64,000 nucleotides of DNA from Schizochytrium sp. TIO01. Its lineage: Eukaryota; Protista; Bigyra: Labyrinthulomycetes. The stretch spans positions 2,790,001 through 2,854,000 of the forward strand of contig SMSO01000025.1 of the NCBI GenBank assembly GCA_004764695.1, read 5' to 3'. This document shows, piece after piece, positions 12,359 through 23,487 of this stretch; within the stretch, counting starts at the first letter, position 1, and each line of letters opens with the position of its first letter. Position numbers and translations under genes: made by a program. The notes below the pieces were generated by a model. The model saw only the letters and a program-made list of their open reading frames with translations, was not told the DNA's origin and searched no databases.

Positions 12359-12860
12359 TTTTTATAGTAGGCCTAGATGCTGATGTTATTTTTGTTGTCG
12401 TTTTAAATGTCGTTTCTGCTGCTGCTGTGCTGGCTAGAGCAGCAGGAATTGTAGGAGTTGCTGTTGGTCTAAAAGAGAGGTAGGAAAGGAAAGTTGTCGT
12501 GGCCATCAACGTAAAAAGATAAACGAAAGAGACGAAAGAGAAGCCCAAAGAAGGGCGGCCATTTGAAAGGAAGAAAATGAGAGATGACAAGACTGAGATA
12601 CCAGTCATCGCGTGCCTCTTGAATCTTCGTCATATTTTGACTTTTGCAAATTATAGATTTTTCTGCAAAAATAAAGAGTTTAATTAGTCCTGGTTGTGCT
12701 CAAAGTTTTAGAAGTCCTTCTCCTTGCCGGAGACGATGACAACCTGCCACAGCATAGTTTAAGAGGTTGTGAAGACCAGGTCGCCAAATCGTTGCCGTAG
12801 TTGCACTTTGTGTAAATATTTCGAGTGCCGTTGGTATTGAGTGTTTTACAGCCTAGTGCT

Positions 12861-13916
12861 TTACCTCGACCTGCGAGACTTGCCGGGGCGCGATTTCTTC
12901 TCTTGTCTAAAGATGGACCCGACGCTCTCGGCATCGTTCTTGCGCTGGGAGCGGCCACCATGTCCGTACTTCTCATTCTTGATCTGGCGGCGTTTGTTGG
13001 GGCGTCTGTCGGATCTGTCGTCGTTTCCACGTTTCCTGGAAGCACGCTGTGCAGAGGCCAGAGCTCCTTCACTGGATCCCTTGGCCTTGAACTCGGTAGC
13101 GAGCTCCTTCTCGCGTTTCTTCCAGGCAGACTTCTCCTTCTGCTTCTCTGCCTGAACCTTCTTGGCGTACTTTTTGTATTCCTGCTGCTGCTTACGCTGC
13201 TCGAATGCCTCGATCTTCTTCTTCTCAAAGAGAAGGTTCTGCTTCACGCGTGCCATGTGCTCATCGCTCTTGATCATCTCCGCAAAGTAGTCAATTGGGC
13301 GCATGTGCGGAATCTGCTCCTCATCGAGGCGAGCACGTCCAATTTTCACTGCAGCCAGAGCCTGATTATAGAACTCAACCTCGCGCTTCAAATCATCGTC
13401 CACGTCATCGAAGGCACTCGGGTTCTCAGCAACCACAGCGAGAGTCTCAACGAATGGAAGCTTGAGCTTGAAATCCTCAAGGCGCTGGAGGACAGCCTCA
13501 TCGCGCCTCAATTGAGCCTCATCCTCGTCCTCGTCCTCGTCTTCGTCCTCGTCCACATCGTTTTCCTCATCCTCTTCGTCTTCCTCGCCTTCGACGACGT
13601 CCTTCTTGAGAGCAGCTCTCTCAGCCTTGATGCGGCGCAGGACCTCTTCTTCAGAGTCGTACTCCTCGTCATCTTGAGGAGCTCCGGCATCATCGACTTC
13701 ATCCTTTGCAGAAAATTTACCACCCTTCGCCTTCTTCTTCTGTTTCTTCATGGCCTTCTGCATATTTGCAATCTGGTCCAAGACGGCCTTGCCGCCCTCG
13801 CCGAGCGCCAGGTCCTGCTCCACATCAGCGGCTTCCGGGTCCACGAAGCCGGGTGCGTCTTCAGGCTCTGCGTTCTTGCGAACGCCACGAGCGCCGCCCT
13901 TCTGCTTCTTCGCCAT
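12861..13916 (-). CDS. EBP2: rRNA-processing protein EBP2
   Basis: DDDLKREVEFYNQAL, RPIDYFAEMIKSDEHMARVK, KKYAKKVQ, KYGHGGR, RPGKSRR; acidic N-terminal region. Confidence 0.95.
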   Translation of the reverse strand: MAKKQKGGARGVRKNAEPEDAPGFVDPEAADVEQDLALGEGGKAVLDQIANMQKAMKKQKKKAKGGKFSAKDEVDDAGAPQDDEEYDSEEEVLRRIKAERAALKKDVVEGEEDEEDEENDVDEDEDEDEDEDEAQLRRDEAVLQRLEDFKLKLPFVETLAVVAENPSAFDDVDDDLKREVEFYNQALAAVKIGRARLDEEQIPHMRPIDYFAEMIKSDEHMARVKQNLLFEKKKIEAFEQRKQQQEYKKYAKKVQAEKQKEKSAWKKREKELATEFKAKGSSEGALASAQRASRKRGNDDRSDRRPNKRRQIKNEKYGHGGRSQRKNDAESVGSIFRQEKKSRPGKSRRSR

Positions 13917-15251
13917 TGCTACTGTCGAAGGTACGTGAGTTGCAACAAGCTGTCCTCGTTACAGCTCTGCGCCACGCCAGCGAAAGATGTCTGCGCTCGA
14001 CTGACTTCGCAATTCTCTCTGCGCCAGTGGAATTGCGCCTCGATTCCGCACTGTGGGCCCTGCGATATGCAAGTAGACTATTTCTTGAATAAGTGAGTTA
14101 TACAGAATATTAAAGTGAATTAAATAACCTATAATTCATTTGTGTGCAGAAGACCGTCCTTGCTACAATAACTGGCTGCCGCGAGGCCTCCACAATTGTG
14201 GCTCCACTGCTTATGAGGAGGGTCTTTTAAATGCTTGGCGGCTAGTTATCGAGAGCGACGTGGGATGTAATGTCCACATGACGGCGGAGCGAACAACTTA
14301 AGTAGTTGGCATGGCGAGACGAAGGCATGTAAGGCTCATCAAGATAGTGTAGAAGGGGAAGAGAAAACTAGCAGAGTATAAGGCGAAGATTGTCTTGAAA
14401 GCGAAGCGTTATGGAGCGAAACATGGCCAATTTCCTTCGTGCTGTGTGCCGAATGCTGTGTGTTGGTCTATTTGTAATGATCGTGGCCATGTTCTTCATT
14501 TCTGAACCCATTATAATGGCAGAAAGTAGCTCGCTCCACTTGCTTTGTGAGAATACTGAGATGAACTTTCCCTTAATCGTTCGCCTTCTCTTGGCCCGTG
14601 GAGACCTGTATAGCTTCCCAAATATGCCAAGAAGCCATATACGACCTTCACCTTACAGATCGAGCGAAGTTCTCTCTTTCAACGTTCGTCCCAATTGTAC
14701 AACGAAGTGACATGTCATTCATTGCTTAGCACCCAGCTAACACGTTCTAGGCAGGAGCTATGATAACATTTTCTTAAAATAACCAAAACATTTGAGCAAA
14801 AACTTTTGTGCACATTAAAGTCAGACCTCGAAAGATCAATCTGTTCACCAACTCGAGGTCGCTAAATCAGGGGCGAGTAACAGCGTAAGGTAGACCTGGT
14901 TTCTTGCTTCAAGAAGTACTCCCCTTCTAACTTGGGCAGAGTAGTGACAGCCGAGTTTGAGATCTTGCTGGGTGCGAACAAATCTATTTGTAGCTGTCCG
15001 CCGAGGGAAACAAGAGCAGCGGCGATATTCAAAGCGAACGGCCCAGCATAGAACGAAGACTTAAAGGCAACACTGCCATCTCATACACGTGGAGAATATT
15101 GTATAAACTCGGACGTCTGCGTGATAAGATATTTGGCTGACCGAAGCTAGATTTCCGTGTTTCGCCCGTTTTAATTTGAACCCCTTGCAAAACCAAGACC
15201 AAAATCTGTGGAACCTTCAAATAAGGGGCTAGAGAATCACCCCAGCTCAAG

Positions 15252-16436
15252 ATGGATATCTATATGAAGACAATAGCTACTGTTGGTGTGGTTGCCGCCG
15301 TAGTGGCGAGGCAACGTGCAGTTGTGCGACAGCAAAAGCTGCGTAAAAGCATGCACACCGTGGAGCTCTATGTAACAGGTATGGCTGCCAAAGTAAATTG
15401 TGATAGCGACATTAAATCAGCACTTCAAAGTATTTCAGGCGTCCAGAAGGTCACTGTTAACACGAAGCTCAAGCGTGTAGTAACTTTGGCAGATGCGTCC
15501 GTGAAGGAAGATGATTTAATCGCAAAGCTCAAATCCTTGGGCTTGTCCGCCAAAGTCACAGAGCCAGAGAATAAAATCCGCCGTGTCAAACTTCGGGTCA
15601 CTGGAATGATGTGCGATAAAAATTGTGGGGCCAATGTCATTAAGGCACTCAAGGCTGTGACAGGTGTTCAAGAGGCTATGGCATCTGCTCAAGCCGGTAC
15701 GGCTAACATCCTGGTTGAGGATGGAGTCAAGGACAAAGATCTTGTCACAGCTGTACAAGCTATTGGTTTTGAGGCTGAAGTGGTGCATCTTGGCGCTCTT
15801 CTGCGTCGGAAAGTGGCTCCTCCTCAGGACCGAATGCGGCATGCATGCATTCGTGATGTGATTCCTCAGGATGAAATTACCCAGGCTTTCGAAGGAGTGA
15901 AAAAGTATTACCATGAGCAGCAATTGCAAGAATACAGTAGATATAAAAATTGGACTCAGTCATGTTACATGGAGTGCCATGAACATTGGAGCCCGCAAGT
16001 TCCCGTCACTGAGGCGTTGCGCGATGCAATGAAACCTGCATTAGAGCAGTGCCGCCTTCGCTTCAAGAAGTGGTATGAGGACCTTCATGGGCTGAAGGAC
16101 GCTGAGGTTTTTGCACTTAATAGTTTCATTACAAAGTATATTCCTGTCAAAGGAAAGGAAGAGTTCGGCAAGCATGTCGACAGTGCCAAGGCTGATGGAA
16201 GCCTCATCCTTGCTCTGCCTACAGATGACCCTCATGACTGGCCAGGAATCAAAATTTGGGATGGTCCTAAAGGAGCAGATGGCGAAAGACCTGAGCACAC
16301 ATATGTTTTGCAGCCAGGTGACATTTGCTGTATGGACGCTTTAGTCTGGCATCATGGTCTACCTATCACTAAAGGCGCACGATATGTTGCTGTTTGTTTC
16401 TACCGTTGCAAGTGGAAGGAAGTCAAGGGCATATGA
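15252..16436 (+). CDS. Fusion protein: N-terminal anchor, two HMA domains, and a 2OG-Fe(II) dioxygenase (lysyl/prolyl hydroxylase-like)
   Basis: HMA1 LYVTGMAAKVNC...SISGVQKVTVN; HMA2 LRVTGMMCDKNCG...AVTGVQEA...AIGFEA; C-terminal FITKY, HVD (HxD), HHGLPITKGARYVAVCF (distal His and 2OG-binding Arg). Confidence 0.85.
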   Translation: MDIYMKTIATVGVVAAVVARQRAVVRQQKLRKSMHTVELYVTGMAAKVNCDSDIKSALQSISGVQKVTVNTKLKRVVTLADASVKEDDLIAKLKSLGLSAKVTEPENKIRRVKLRVTGMMCDKNCGANVIKALKAVTGVQEAMASAQAGTANILVEDGVKDKDLVTAVQAIGFEAEVVHLGALLRRKVAPPQDRMRHACIRDVIPQDEITQAFEGVKKYYHEQQLQEYSRYKNWTQSCYMECHEHWSPQVPVTEALRDAMKPALEQCRLRFKKWYEDLHGLKDAEVFALNSFITKYIPVKGKEEFGKHVDSAKADGSLILALPTDDPHDWPGIKIWDGPKGADGERPEHTYVLQPGDICCMDALVWHHGLPITKGARYVAVCFYRCKWKEVKGI

Positions 16437-16646
16437 ATATAAGTATTTTTTCTCACATTTCTTCTCTTTGTTGTCTCCTCTAACTATTACACTGTTTATT
16501 TGTAGTTGTATCCTTCTTCGTGTATAATGAGACGCACACTATATTGTAAACCTAAAGCATGTTGCAAAAAATATATATTAAGAAGAATATAGGTTGAATA
16601 TTGTTTGGGATAGTTCATGTTCGATTAATAAGCCTAGGGAAATTAA

Positions 16647-19600
16647 TCACTTCTTATTTGCTACCGATGCAGACCGTCGTAGTGCAGGCAATGCATACAT
16701 ATCAAGAAGGTCAGCGTTATCATGAAGAAAACTGACAACCCGAGCTTGAATAGATTTCTTTGTCAAGCCAGGCAAGCACTGCCCTGAATGACCAACTAGT
16801 TGCCCTCTTGCAACTGCAATGTCAAGATCTTCAGCATTTTCGGCACCATATGCATCGGTAAGTTTTGTGACAACATCTTGCAAAGATACATCAGAAGAGC
16901 TAGCAAATAGACCTTGTAAATCCCTGCAAAAGCTTCCAAAACGATCATGGTAAAGCGCAGACGCCCAATCTTGTGAGAGGAAGTCGAGCAAATCAGTTAC
17001 TCTGCCCTGAGAAAGCTGTTCCTCTATGCCATTGAGGTAGGAAATGTGCAACCCAACGAGCTGATCTACCGGCGTCACTCGGTTCTTTAGAGCACGCATG
17101 CGAGATTCCGACAGATTGGCTTCTAACCCGAGCTTAGTCGCTTTCGCGCGTACAACATCATCGGTAAATGCGTACGAGACACTCGCAATGAACCCAGCAA
17201 AGGTTATTTCAAGGCGACAAAAGTTGTCCTCCGTCTTTGTCTCATAGACAGTGTGGCGCTCAGAGCCATCCCAGCCCGGCGTGCAAGCATGGAAATAAGT
17301 CACTTGGCCCGGAAGCTCAACATTGTGCGCAAGAATGTTTGGCATTGACCAAGCCGGCAAGGAATCTGACAAAGAATCAGTCAAGTTATAGGAGCCTCCA
17401 TTCTGCCCAGGCTGTTGAAGAGGATCTACAAAGCTCAAAAGGCTTGCGGCAACACGAGCGCCAACCTCGCGCGAACTGTGGTGCTCCATGACTAAGGGAG
17501 CCCGGTATCTTCTAGAAAACTTCGTATTAGTTCCACAACCCAGAATGCGTGGATCAATAGTTTGAAAAGAGCTGTTCACTACCATGCGACCATCATACAC
17601 AAGCCCTGTGTCGTTAACGGATGCAAATACATCTGGGTCAACATTTCGGCGATCTGCTGCGATGAGCAAACGACAGTTAATTTGCTCCAACAGATCTTCT
17701 TCTGTTGATGAGTGGCTTACAAGGGGCTTTGATTGTTCTGCCTTCTCTTCGCCATTATAGTCAAGGTCGTCATATTCTTGATAATTATCTTCGTGTGAAG
17801 ATTCCTTCGATTCTTCGGAGTTTGCAGATGGGCCTGCACTTTTTTCCCCTCCAGAAATATCGTTACTAGGGTCAGCTGCCTTTAAGAAGGTGGCCTGAGA
17901 CACTGCGCCTGTGCCCGGGTCACGGGTGACTCCAGTGAGTTTATACCCCGAAAGGATCTGAACGCCAGCGTCTTTAATATCCTTTGTTACTCGTTCAGAC
18001 ACCCACACATCGCGAGCAAAAGTCTGATCAGTAGAGTCAGATCGAGCAGGTGGCTGGACTAAAGTGATGCATGGCCCTGGCAATCCCCAGGTCATCAAGG
18101 CTTGCACGGCTGCATATGCTTCCAGGGTATCACCATAGACAATTGTAGGAGACTTAATTTTTGCGTGTTTGTTCTCAATTGCACGTCGAAGCATCACTGC
18201 CTCCCGAGGGTTGCCACCGATAGAGTATGCAGACTCCGCTAAAGATTTGGATTCAACAAGATCACTATGTTTGATATCACACAAACGATGCAGAGTTGTG
18301 TCTTGCAGGCCTGTAGCAAGAACAAGAAAGTCATAGGGAAGCAAGGAGCCGTCAGCGAGAACCACCGCCTGGGGATCGCGCTCAATGAACAGCATCCGAT
18401 CTTCTACAATTGTAATCCTGTCTCGCAGTCCAAGGCGATCCAAGAGACGCGAGTCATAGCCTCCTGGTGCACTTGTTCCCTGAGTGCAGAGAGAACGTAC
18501 GCCATCGAAGCGTTCATCAGCTACACCCCCGGGTGCCACTAGCGTAAGTTTGGGGAAATATGCATGCGGGAGGGTCAAAAGTTCCTCTAAAACAGATAGA
18601 CCTGCTGTAGAGGCACCAATAACCACGATTCGAGCATTAAGAGTAAGACGTGGCTCGGATAGGGCAGCACGTGAAAGCATAAACAGAGAAAAACGTGTGT
18701 CCTTCTCCGGTGCTTCGTGAATATGCCGTAATTTCATTGCCCGCTGCAAGTGAAAAGTACGCCGAGGACGAATCGGTGCCATTTCTTGCACAACAGCAAC
18801 TGGGGGTAGGTCACCAGGGAAAAGCTTATAGACAAGACCATCAAGCGCTGTCAAACGCATTACCTCTTGAAGGATGAGCCGCGCAAACTGGTTAAAAATA
18901 GGAAGAAGGGAGACCTGTAGCACTACGCCAAACTTTAGACTCTCTCTCATCGCTGCGATAGAGGGCACACCTTGCACAGTTTCCATATGAAACTTATGGC
19001 CGAGTTTAATGAGGTCGTCCTTGCTAATCTCGGGGCAAATGACTACCAATCCGATAAGTTGGCCAAGGACTTCAACTAGCAGAGTCGAGTTTCCCTTATT
19101 GACAACTTGGGCTTGAACATCATCGAGCGTATCCAAACCATCAAGAAGGTCTACTATAGCTGCCAAGTCTTCATCACTGTGATCAGAGCGGCGTACTGTG
19201 AGCTGGCTACCTCCAACCCATCGAGGGCGAGGCTCAGATAGCTTCTCTTCAGAGAATTTTGACTCCTCGCCGATCGAGAAGTCCCCTGCCTTGAGTACTC
19301 TGAGCGCATCTCTGTGCAACAAATAAAGACTATGGGAAAGCGTAGATCCCTCACGTGGAGCGATGACAGTAAAGTAAGGCAATAAAGCGCTTTCATAAAC
19401 CTCGCTGGGAAGAGTAAGGACACAGTACTCCCGCCCTGGAAACGACTCAAACGCTGATATTAGAACGTCACGAGTTCGTGAACGGTGTTCTTCTGAAATA
19501 CAGAAAACAGAAATTGCAAAGACGTTTCCGGCAGCCTTTTCCTCTGCAAATTTGCTCTCCATAATATCGGACTCGGATGTGATCTCACTTGACGGGACAA

Positions 19601-20411
19601 GATTATCAAACGCTTCAAGCTCAAAGTTATTTTGCAAAAGACTTACGTCGATTTGTGTTGTGAGACACATCATGCCAACTGCGCGTCCGCGTAAAGTAGC
19701 AGCGACGGCACGGTTGTTTTCATCTTGAGCTTCGATTAGTTCAGCAAGGAAGAATTCGCCAAACGTCTTAGTCAGTACCTGGCTCTGAGAGTCGAAGATC
19801 TTGACAAGGTCGTCATAATCTTCGACCTGTGCCGGGCGAGTGTCAAGATTCAGCCTCCAGCTAGTTCTTCGACAACACATAACAAGCCAAGGGGTTTCAT
19901 TCAGATTCTCTGTAGCTGCAGGATCGCAATAAGCCCCAATGTCGTCGAAGTATAAATCGTTGTAGAGATCTTTGTGGCGGCTCTTTGGGTGGCACATGAG
20001 CATTACAAAGTCAGTCCGTGGCATTGTGTCAAAGAGTGCGCGCATAACGAGGTCGAAGCTTGCTGCACTAACACCATCAGCAGCTCCCCAGCAAGTTAGA
20101 AAAATCAAGTTTGAGGTTTCAACACCAGAAATCTGCAATGCGGCCACTGCATCCTCTGCCTTTGAGAAGCCTTGTGCAGGTCGATCGTCAAATGAAGCGA
20201 ACGCAACAACATCACCCTGTGCGTCCTCAACTGTCACGCACAGTAGTGAGCCAGGAAGAAGATCTCTTATGAACTTATCAGCGACATCTGCAGATTGCTG
20301 CGAGGCAACACTTGCCTCGCTAAACCATTCTTGTGCGTGAACAAGCTTCGCAAGAGCTTTCGCATCCTTGGCGTCAGAACGACGAATCGTCAAGCCGTCA
20401 TAGTCTGCCAT
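16647..20411 (-). CDS. CFAP61: Cilia- and flagella-associated protein 61
   Basis: 1254 aa; RPAQVEDYDDLVKIF, FGEFFLAELIEAQDE, RIVVIGASTAGLSVLEELL, YDFLVLATG, NDTGLVYDGRMVVNSSFQTIDPRI, DWASALYHDRF match the CFAP61 architecture. Confidence 0.9.
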   Translation of the reverse strand: MADYDGLTIRRSDAKDAKALAKLVHAQEWFSEASVASQQSADVADKFIRDLLPGSLLCVTVEDAQGDVVAFASFDDRPAQGFSKAEDAVAALQISGVETSNLIFLTCWGAADGVSAASFDLVMRALFDTMPRTDFVMLMCHPKSRHKDLYNDLYFDDIGAYCDPAATENLNETPWLVMCCRRTSWRLNLDTRPAQVEDYDDLVKIFDSQSQVLTKTFGEFFLAELIEAQDENNRAVAATLRGRAVGMMCLTTQIDVSLLQNNFELEAFDNLVPSSEITSESDIMESKFAEEKAAGNVFAISVFCISEEHRSRTRDVLISAFESFPGREYCVLTLPSEVYESALLPYFTVIAPREGSTLSHSLYLLHRDALRVLKAGDFSIGEESKFSEEKLSEPRPRWVGGSQLTVRRSDHSDEDLAAIVDLLDGLDTLDDVQAQVVNKGNSTLLVEVLGQLIGLVVICPEISKDDLIKLGHKFHMETVQGVPSIAAMRESLKFGVVLQVSLLPIFNQFARLILQEVMRLTALDGLVYKLFPGDLPPVAVVQEMAPIRPRRTFHLQRAMKLRHIHEAPEKDTRFSLFMLSRAALSEPRLTLNARIVVIGASTAGLSVLEELLTLPHAYFPKLTLVAPGGVADERFDGVRSLCTQGTSAPGGYDSRLLDRLGLRDRITIVEDRMLFIERDPQAVVLADGSLLPYDFLVLATGLQDTTLHRLCDIKHSDLVESKSLAESAYSIGGNPREAVMLRRAIENKHAKIKSPTIVYGDTLEAYAAVQALMTWGLPGPCITLVQPPARSDSTDQTFARDVWVSERVTKDIKDAGVQILSGYKLTGVTRDPGTGAVSQATFLKAADPSNDISGGEKSAGPSANSEESKESSHEDNYQEYDDLDYNGEEKAEQSKPLVSHSSTEEDLLEQINCRLLIAADRRNVDPDVFASVNDTGLVYDGRMVVNSSFQTIDPRILGCGTNTKFSRRYRAPLVMEHHSSREVGARVAASLLSFVDPLQQPGQNGGSYNLTDSLSDSLPAWSMPNILAHNVELPGQVTYFHACTPGWDGSERHTVYETKTEDNFCRLEITFAGFIASVSYAFTDDVVRAKATKLGLEANLSESRMRALKNRVTPVDQLVGLHISYLNGIEEQLSQGRVTDLLDFLSQDWASALYHDRFGSFCRDLQGLFASSSDVSLQDVVTKLTDAYGAENAEDLDIAVARGQLVGHSGQCLPGLTKKSIQARVVSFLHDNADLLDMYALPALRRSASVANKK

Positions 20412-21452
20412 GATGTCTTTTCCTTGTGTATATACTCCTGTGCACGGGAGTAATCAGGAGCGTTTACGTATGCCACTCGGGCGAAAGGCACTGAGCGTGG
20501 ACCCTTTTTGATTTGGCGCAGGGACTACGGAATCCGTGGAGCTCCACGATTCTTCCCCTTGCTGTAGGAATTTTGGCTGCCAAGTAGTGCACGCGTGCCC
20601 CTAATCTAATCAGCAATATAATGAATTCCCCAGAAAGTAGCATCCATAAGTTCTAGATGGTCAGCCGATTTCATGAACTCGAAGGGTGTGTTTAATCATT
20701 GTTCTCAGAAAATTGCTTAGCTAAATTTACGAGCCGTTGAGCTTTGCTATAATTAGTCATTACCCTAGTATCTTCAAAAGGTAACACTATCATGTCTATC
20801 AATAGGAGGACCTGATGCAAAAGGTTGCTCGCACCGCCACATCTACTAGCAAGGACTGGAAAGCTGCAAGACATGATTTTGCAATAGGATCTGGGCACTG
20901 TATTTTTTATTCAACTTTTCTACTAGACCTATGTATACATATATATAATGTTAAATTTAATTATTTTTTTTTATTTTTTTTAATACAATTATAAAACACT
21001 ATAGATGGACAGAAGAACGTGGGGCCAACATTTGATGGCATGTGTACTTATGTGTCTAGTCTAAAATTTGGAAGGGGCATTTGAGAAGACAAGCAAATCG
21101 GATAATACAGGGCTCGCATTAGGTACTTAGAGTTACCTTTAAAAATGTCAAAATACGCTGCACCCTTCAACACCTCTTGACATTCTTCCATTGATTTGAT
21201 ATTGATAAGACAAAAAAAAAACAGAAAATTTGATTTCTTTTTTTTATAATTCGTGTGATATGAATTACATACAGCAAAATTTGGATACAGGGTGAGGGAT
21301 AATTCTTCTTAATTTAACATGTCTTCTTCTAAGATGCGCCAGCGGAGTGGCGACAGAAAAAAGAGATGATTTACAATTGGCCACTAAGTTGCGATTTACG
21401 CTGCACACCATCGACTACATAAAGTAAAAGACGAGTTAGAATATAACATCAC

Positions 21453-23147
21453 TCATTGCCAAGGCATATGTTTTGGAACGCACAGAGTCTTTTCCGCTCC
21501 AACTCGGTAGGATAGAGCCGGCACAGGTCGGCAATGAGTGGAAGTATCCGAAGTAATATGTTGTTCGAAAATTGTTCGAACCGTCTGTAGCTTTTCCTCA
21601 ATACCTTGACCAGCAGGATGGACAATGAAGGTTCCCGGTACAAAAGTCCACGGCTGAGCCGACATAACACAATGAGGAACAAAGAGAGTTCTGTCGCGAT
21701 ACTCTTTGTGAATTAATTTTTGATGCCTGTCGACGTGGGATAGTGCCATGTGGGAATACATTTGGCTCTTGGCTAAAAGGGCGCGTTTTTCCTCTGTATA
21801 CAGGCTCTTGATATGAGGACCGCCAAAGAGAACAACAATGAGTGCACTCTGTTCACTCCACTCAGGGATTGGGGCAGGAAAGACATCCCACACCGTATTG
21901 AGAAGGTCTTTGGACCACGTGGAGTCACGGACGAAGAACGAGCCGCTGTTAATCCCATTCCAGTCACCACCAATGATGAGATCCTTGTCCTGAGCTGCGA
22001 ATACATCAAGACTGACAGCCATATTGGTGAAAATAGCATCTGCATCCATCCAGAAAACTAAACGAATTTCTGGAGAAGCAAGGACAGCTTGAATGAGGGG
22101 AATCTTAGCCCAGGCAAATCCACGCTCATCCCAGCCTTCCTTCAAGCGAAACTGAAGGTTGGAGAAGACCTCTGGGGAGGTACCAATTTCTCCATGACGG
22201 ACAGCCACATGTCTGTATCCATGGCGATTAGCATAGTCTTTATGATTTCGAAACGTGCGACTGTACAGCTCGTTATGAAGCTCGCCTCCAAACAGCGAAA
22301 CTACAGCAATTTCGTTTGGCTGCGGATGTTTGTATAAATTTCTTACAGAACTTTTGATTACGTGTTTGGTGGCATCATTTACTAGACGACCATACGCATC
22401 TTTGCACATGCCTGGGAAAACCGGATGCCTTGTTGCGTAGTCCTTGATGCTCTCTTGCAGATGCATCGAATCTCTTGCTGCGTCATCCTCAATATTTGCA
22501 TTGGGAATGTGCGGCGGAATTTCATATTTGCCCTCCCATGGGCGCATCTGAACAAACCCTTCCTCTTCGATATCCCACACGGCCCTGAGGATAGAATTTG
22601 GTCCAGCGGAATTCCTTTGCGTTCTCCAAGCACTCCTTCTAAAGGCATCTACCAAACTCGGCATTCCCAGCCCCAGGAACATGACCACTGCCAACACACA
22701 GGCTATTTTGGCTATAGTTTGGCCGCCAGTTTCCCCGCGGCGGTGCTCGTGCTCTTTCTCATCAAGGTAATACTGTTGGCATTCAGGATCATGCTTGCTT
22801 ATTTTGTTGCTGCTGGTGCTGTTGTTGAAGTAGAAGTAGCTGTACGGGCAGGAGCTGGTTTTGACTCCGCTGCTCTTCGCTGCGCTCCGCTCCTCCGGCG
22901 TTGTCATATGGGACAAAGAATACCCAGACAACAACGACGCCGACGTTGTAGGTTTGTCATCCGTGTCGCTCCGATGCCGCTGCATGGTTGTCCGCAATAT
23001 AGATTTGCCACTGCTCGAGGTGGTCTCCTCGTCACGTTGTGGATTTGCTCGGAGACTGGGCACGCGCCTTTCCCGGGCCCCTGCCCGAAGTCCTATATCC
23101 CTCTTAACCGATACCTTAGGACTCACCGCCGCGAAGGAGCATGGCAT
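21453..23147 (-). CDS. GT34 glycosyltransferase (GMA12/MNN10 family), type II membrane protein; start uncertain
   Basis: NHKDYANRHGY, WAKIPLI, FWMDADAIFTN (DxD), DWNGINSGSFFVR, WSEQSAL, FIVHPAG; single TM IACVLAVVMFLGLGM. First ATG at 23147; a later ATG or a 5' intron is possible. Confidence 0.85.
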   Translation of the reverse strand: MPCSFAAVSPKVSVKRDIGLRAGARERRVPSLRANPQRDEETTSSSGKSILRTTMQRHRSDTDDKPTTSASLLSGYSLSHMTTPEERSAAKSSGVKTSSCPYSYFYFNNSTSSNKISKHDPECQQYYLDEKEHEHRRGETGGQTIAKIACVLAVVMFLGLGMPSLVDAFRRSAWRTQRNSAGPNSILRAVWDIEEEGFVQMRPWEGKYEIPPHIPNANIEDDAARDSMHLQESIKDYATRHPVFPGMCKDAYGRLVNDATKHVIKSSVRNLYKHPQPNEIAVVSLFGGELHNELYSRTFRNHKDYANRHGYRHVAVRHGEIGTSPEVFSNLQFRLKEGWDERGFAWAKIPLIQAVLASPEIRLVFWMDADAIFTNMAVSLDVFAAQDKDLIIGGDWNGINSGSFFVRDSTWSKDLLNTVWDVFPAPIPEWSEQSALIVVLFGGPHIKSLYTEEKRALLAKSQMYSHMALSHVDRHQKLIHKEYRDRTLFVPHCVMSAQPWTFVPGTFIVHPAGQGIEEKLQTVRTIFEQHITSDTSTHCRPVPALSYRVGAEKTLCVPKHMPWQ

Positions 23148-23419
23148 GACAGACAGACAAAGAATCAATCAAAGAATCAATCACAACAAAGAAACAAAAA
23201 CAAAAGCAAAGACGTGTGTGCAAAAGGCCAAAGACTTAACCTGTTCGTGGGGAAACTTGGCTGTGGCAGATCGTTGCAGGCGTTCATCGAGTTGACCAGG
23301 GGCGCCAGCTATAAACAAACAAACGAGTTGGAGCGAAGGCCACAGGGAGAGAGCCTTTTCCTGATTTGTGCAAGTTGGTCTGTTGCTAATTTGTTTGTTA
23401 GTTTCCTTTCCTTTCCTTT

Positions 23420-23487
23420 CATTCGTTCATTCATTCATTCATTCATTCATTCATTCATTCATTCATTCATTCACTTATCCATTCATC
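23420..23487. repeat. (TTCA)n microsatellite
   Basis: Visible tetranucleotide run. Confidence 0.9.

Noticed and set aside
12825-14096. 423-aa Leu/Val-rich plus-strand ORF that looks like a membrane protein
   Set aside because: Antisense shadow of EBP2; the hydrophobicity mirrors its Glu/Asp/Lys codons, and the start is not ATG
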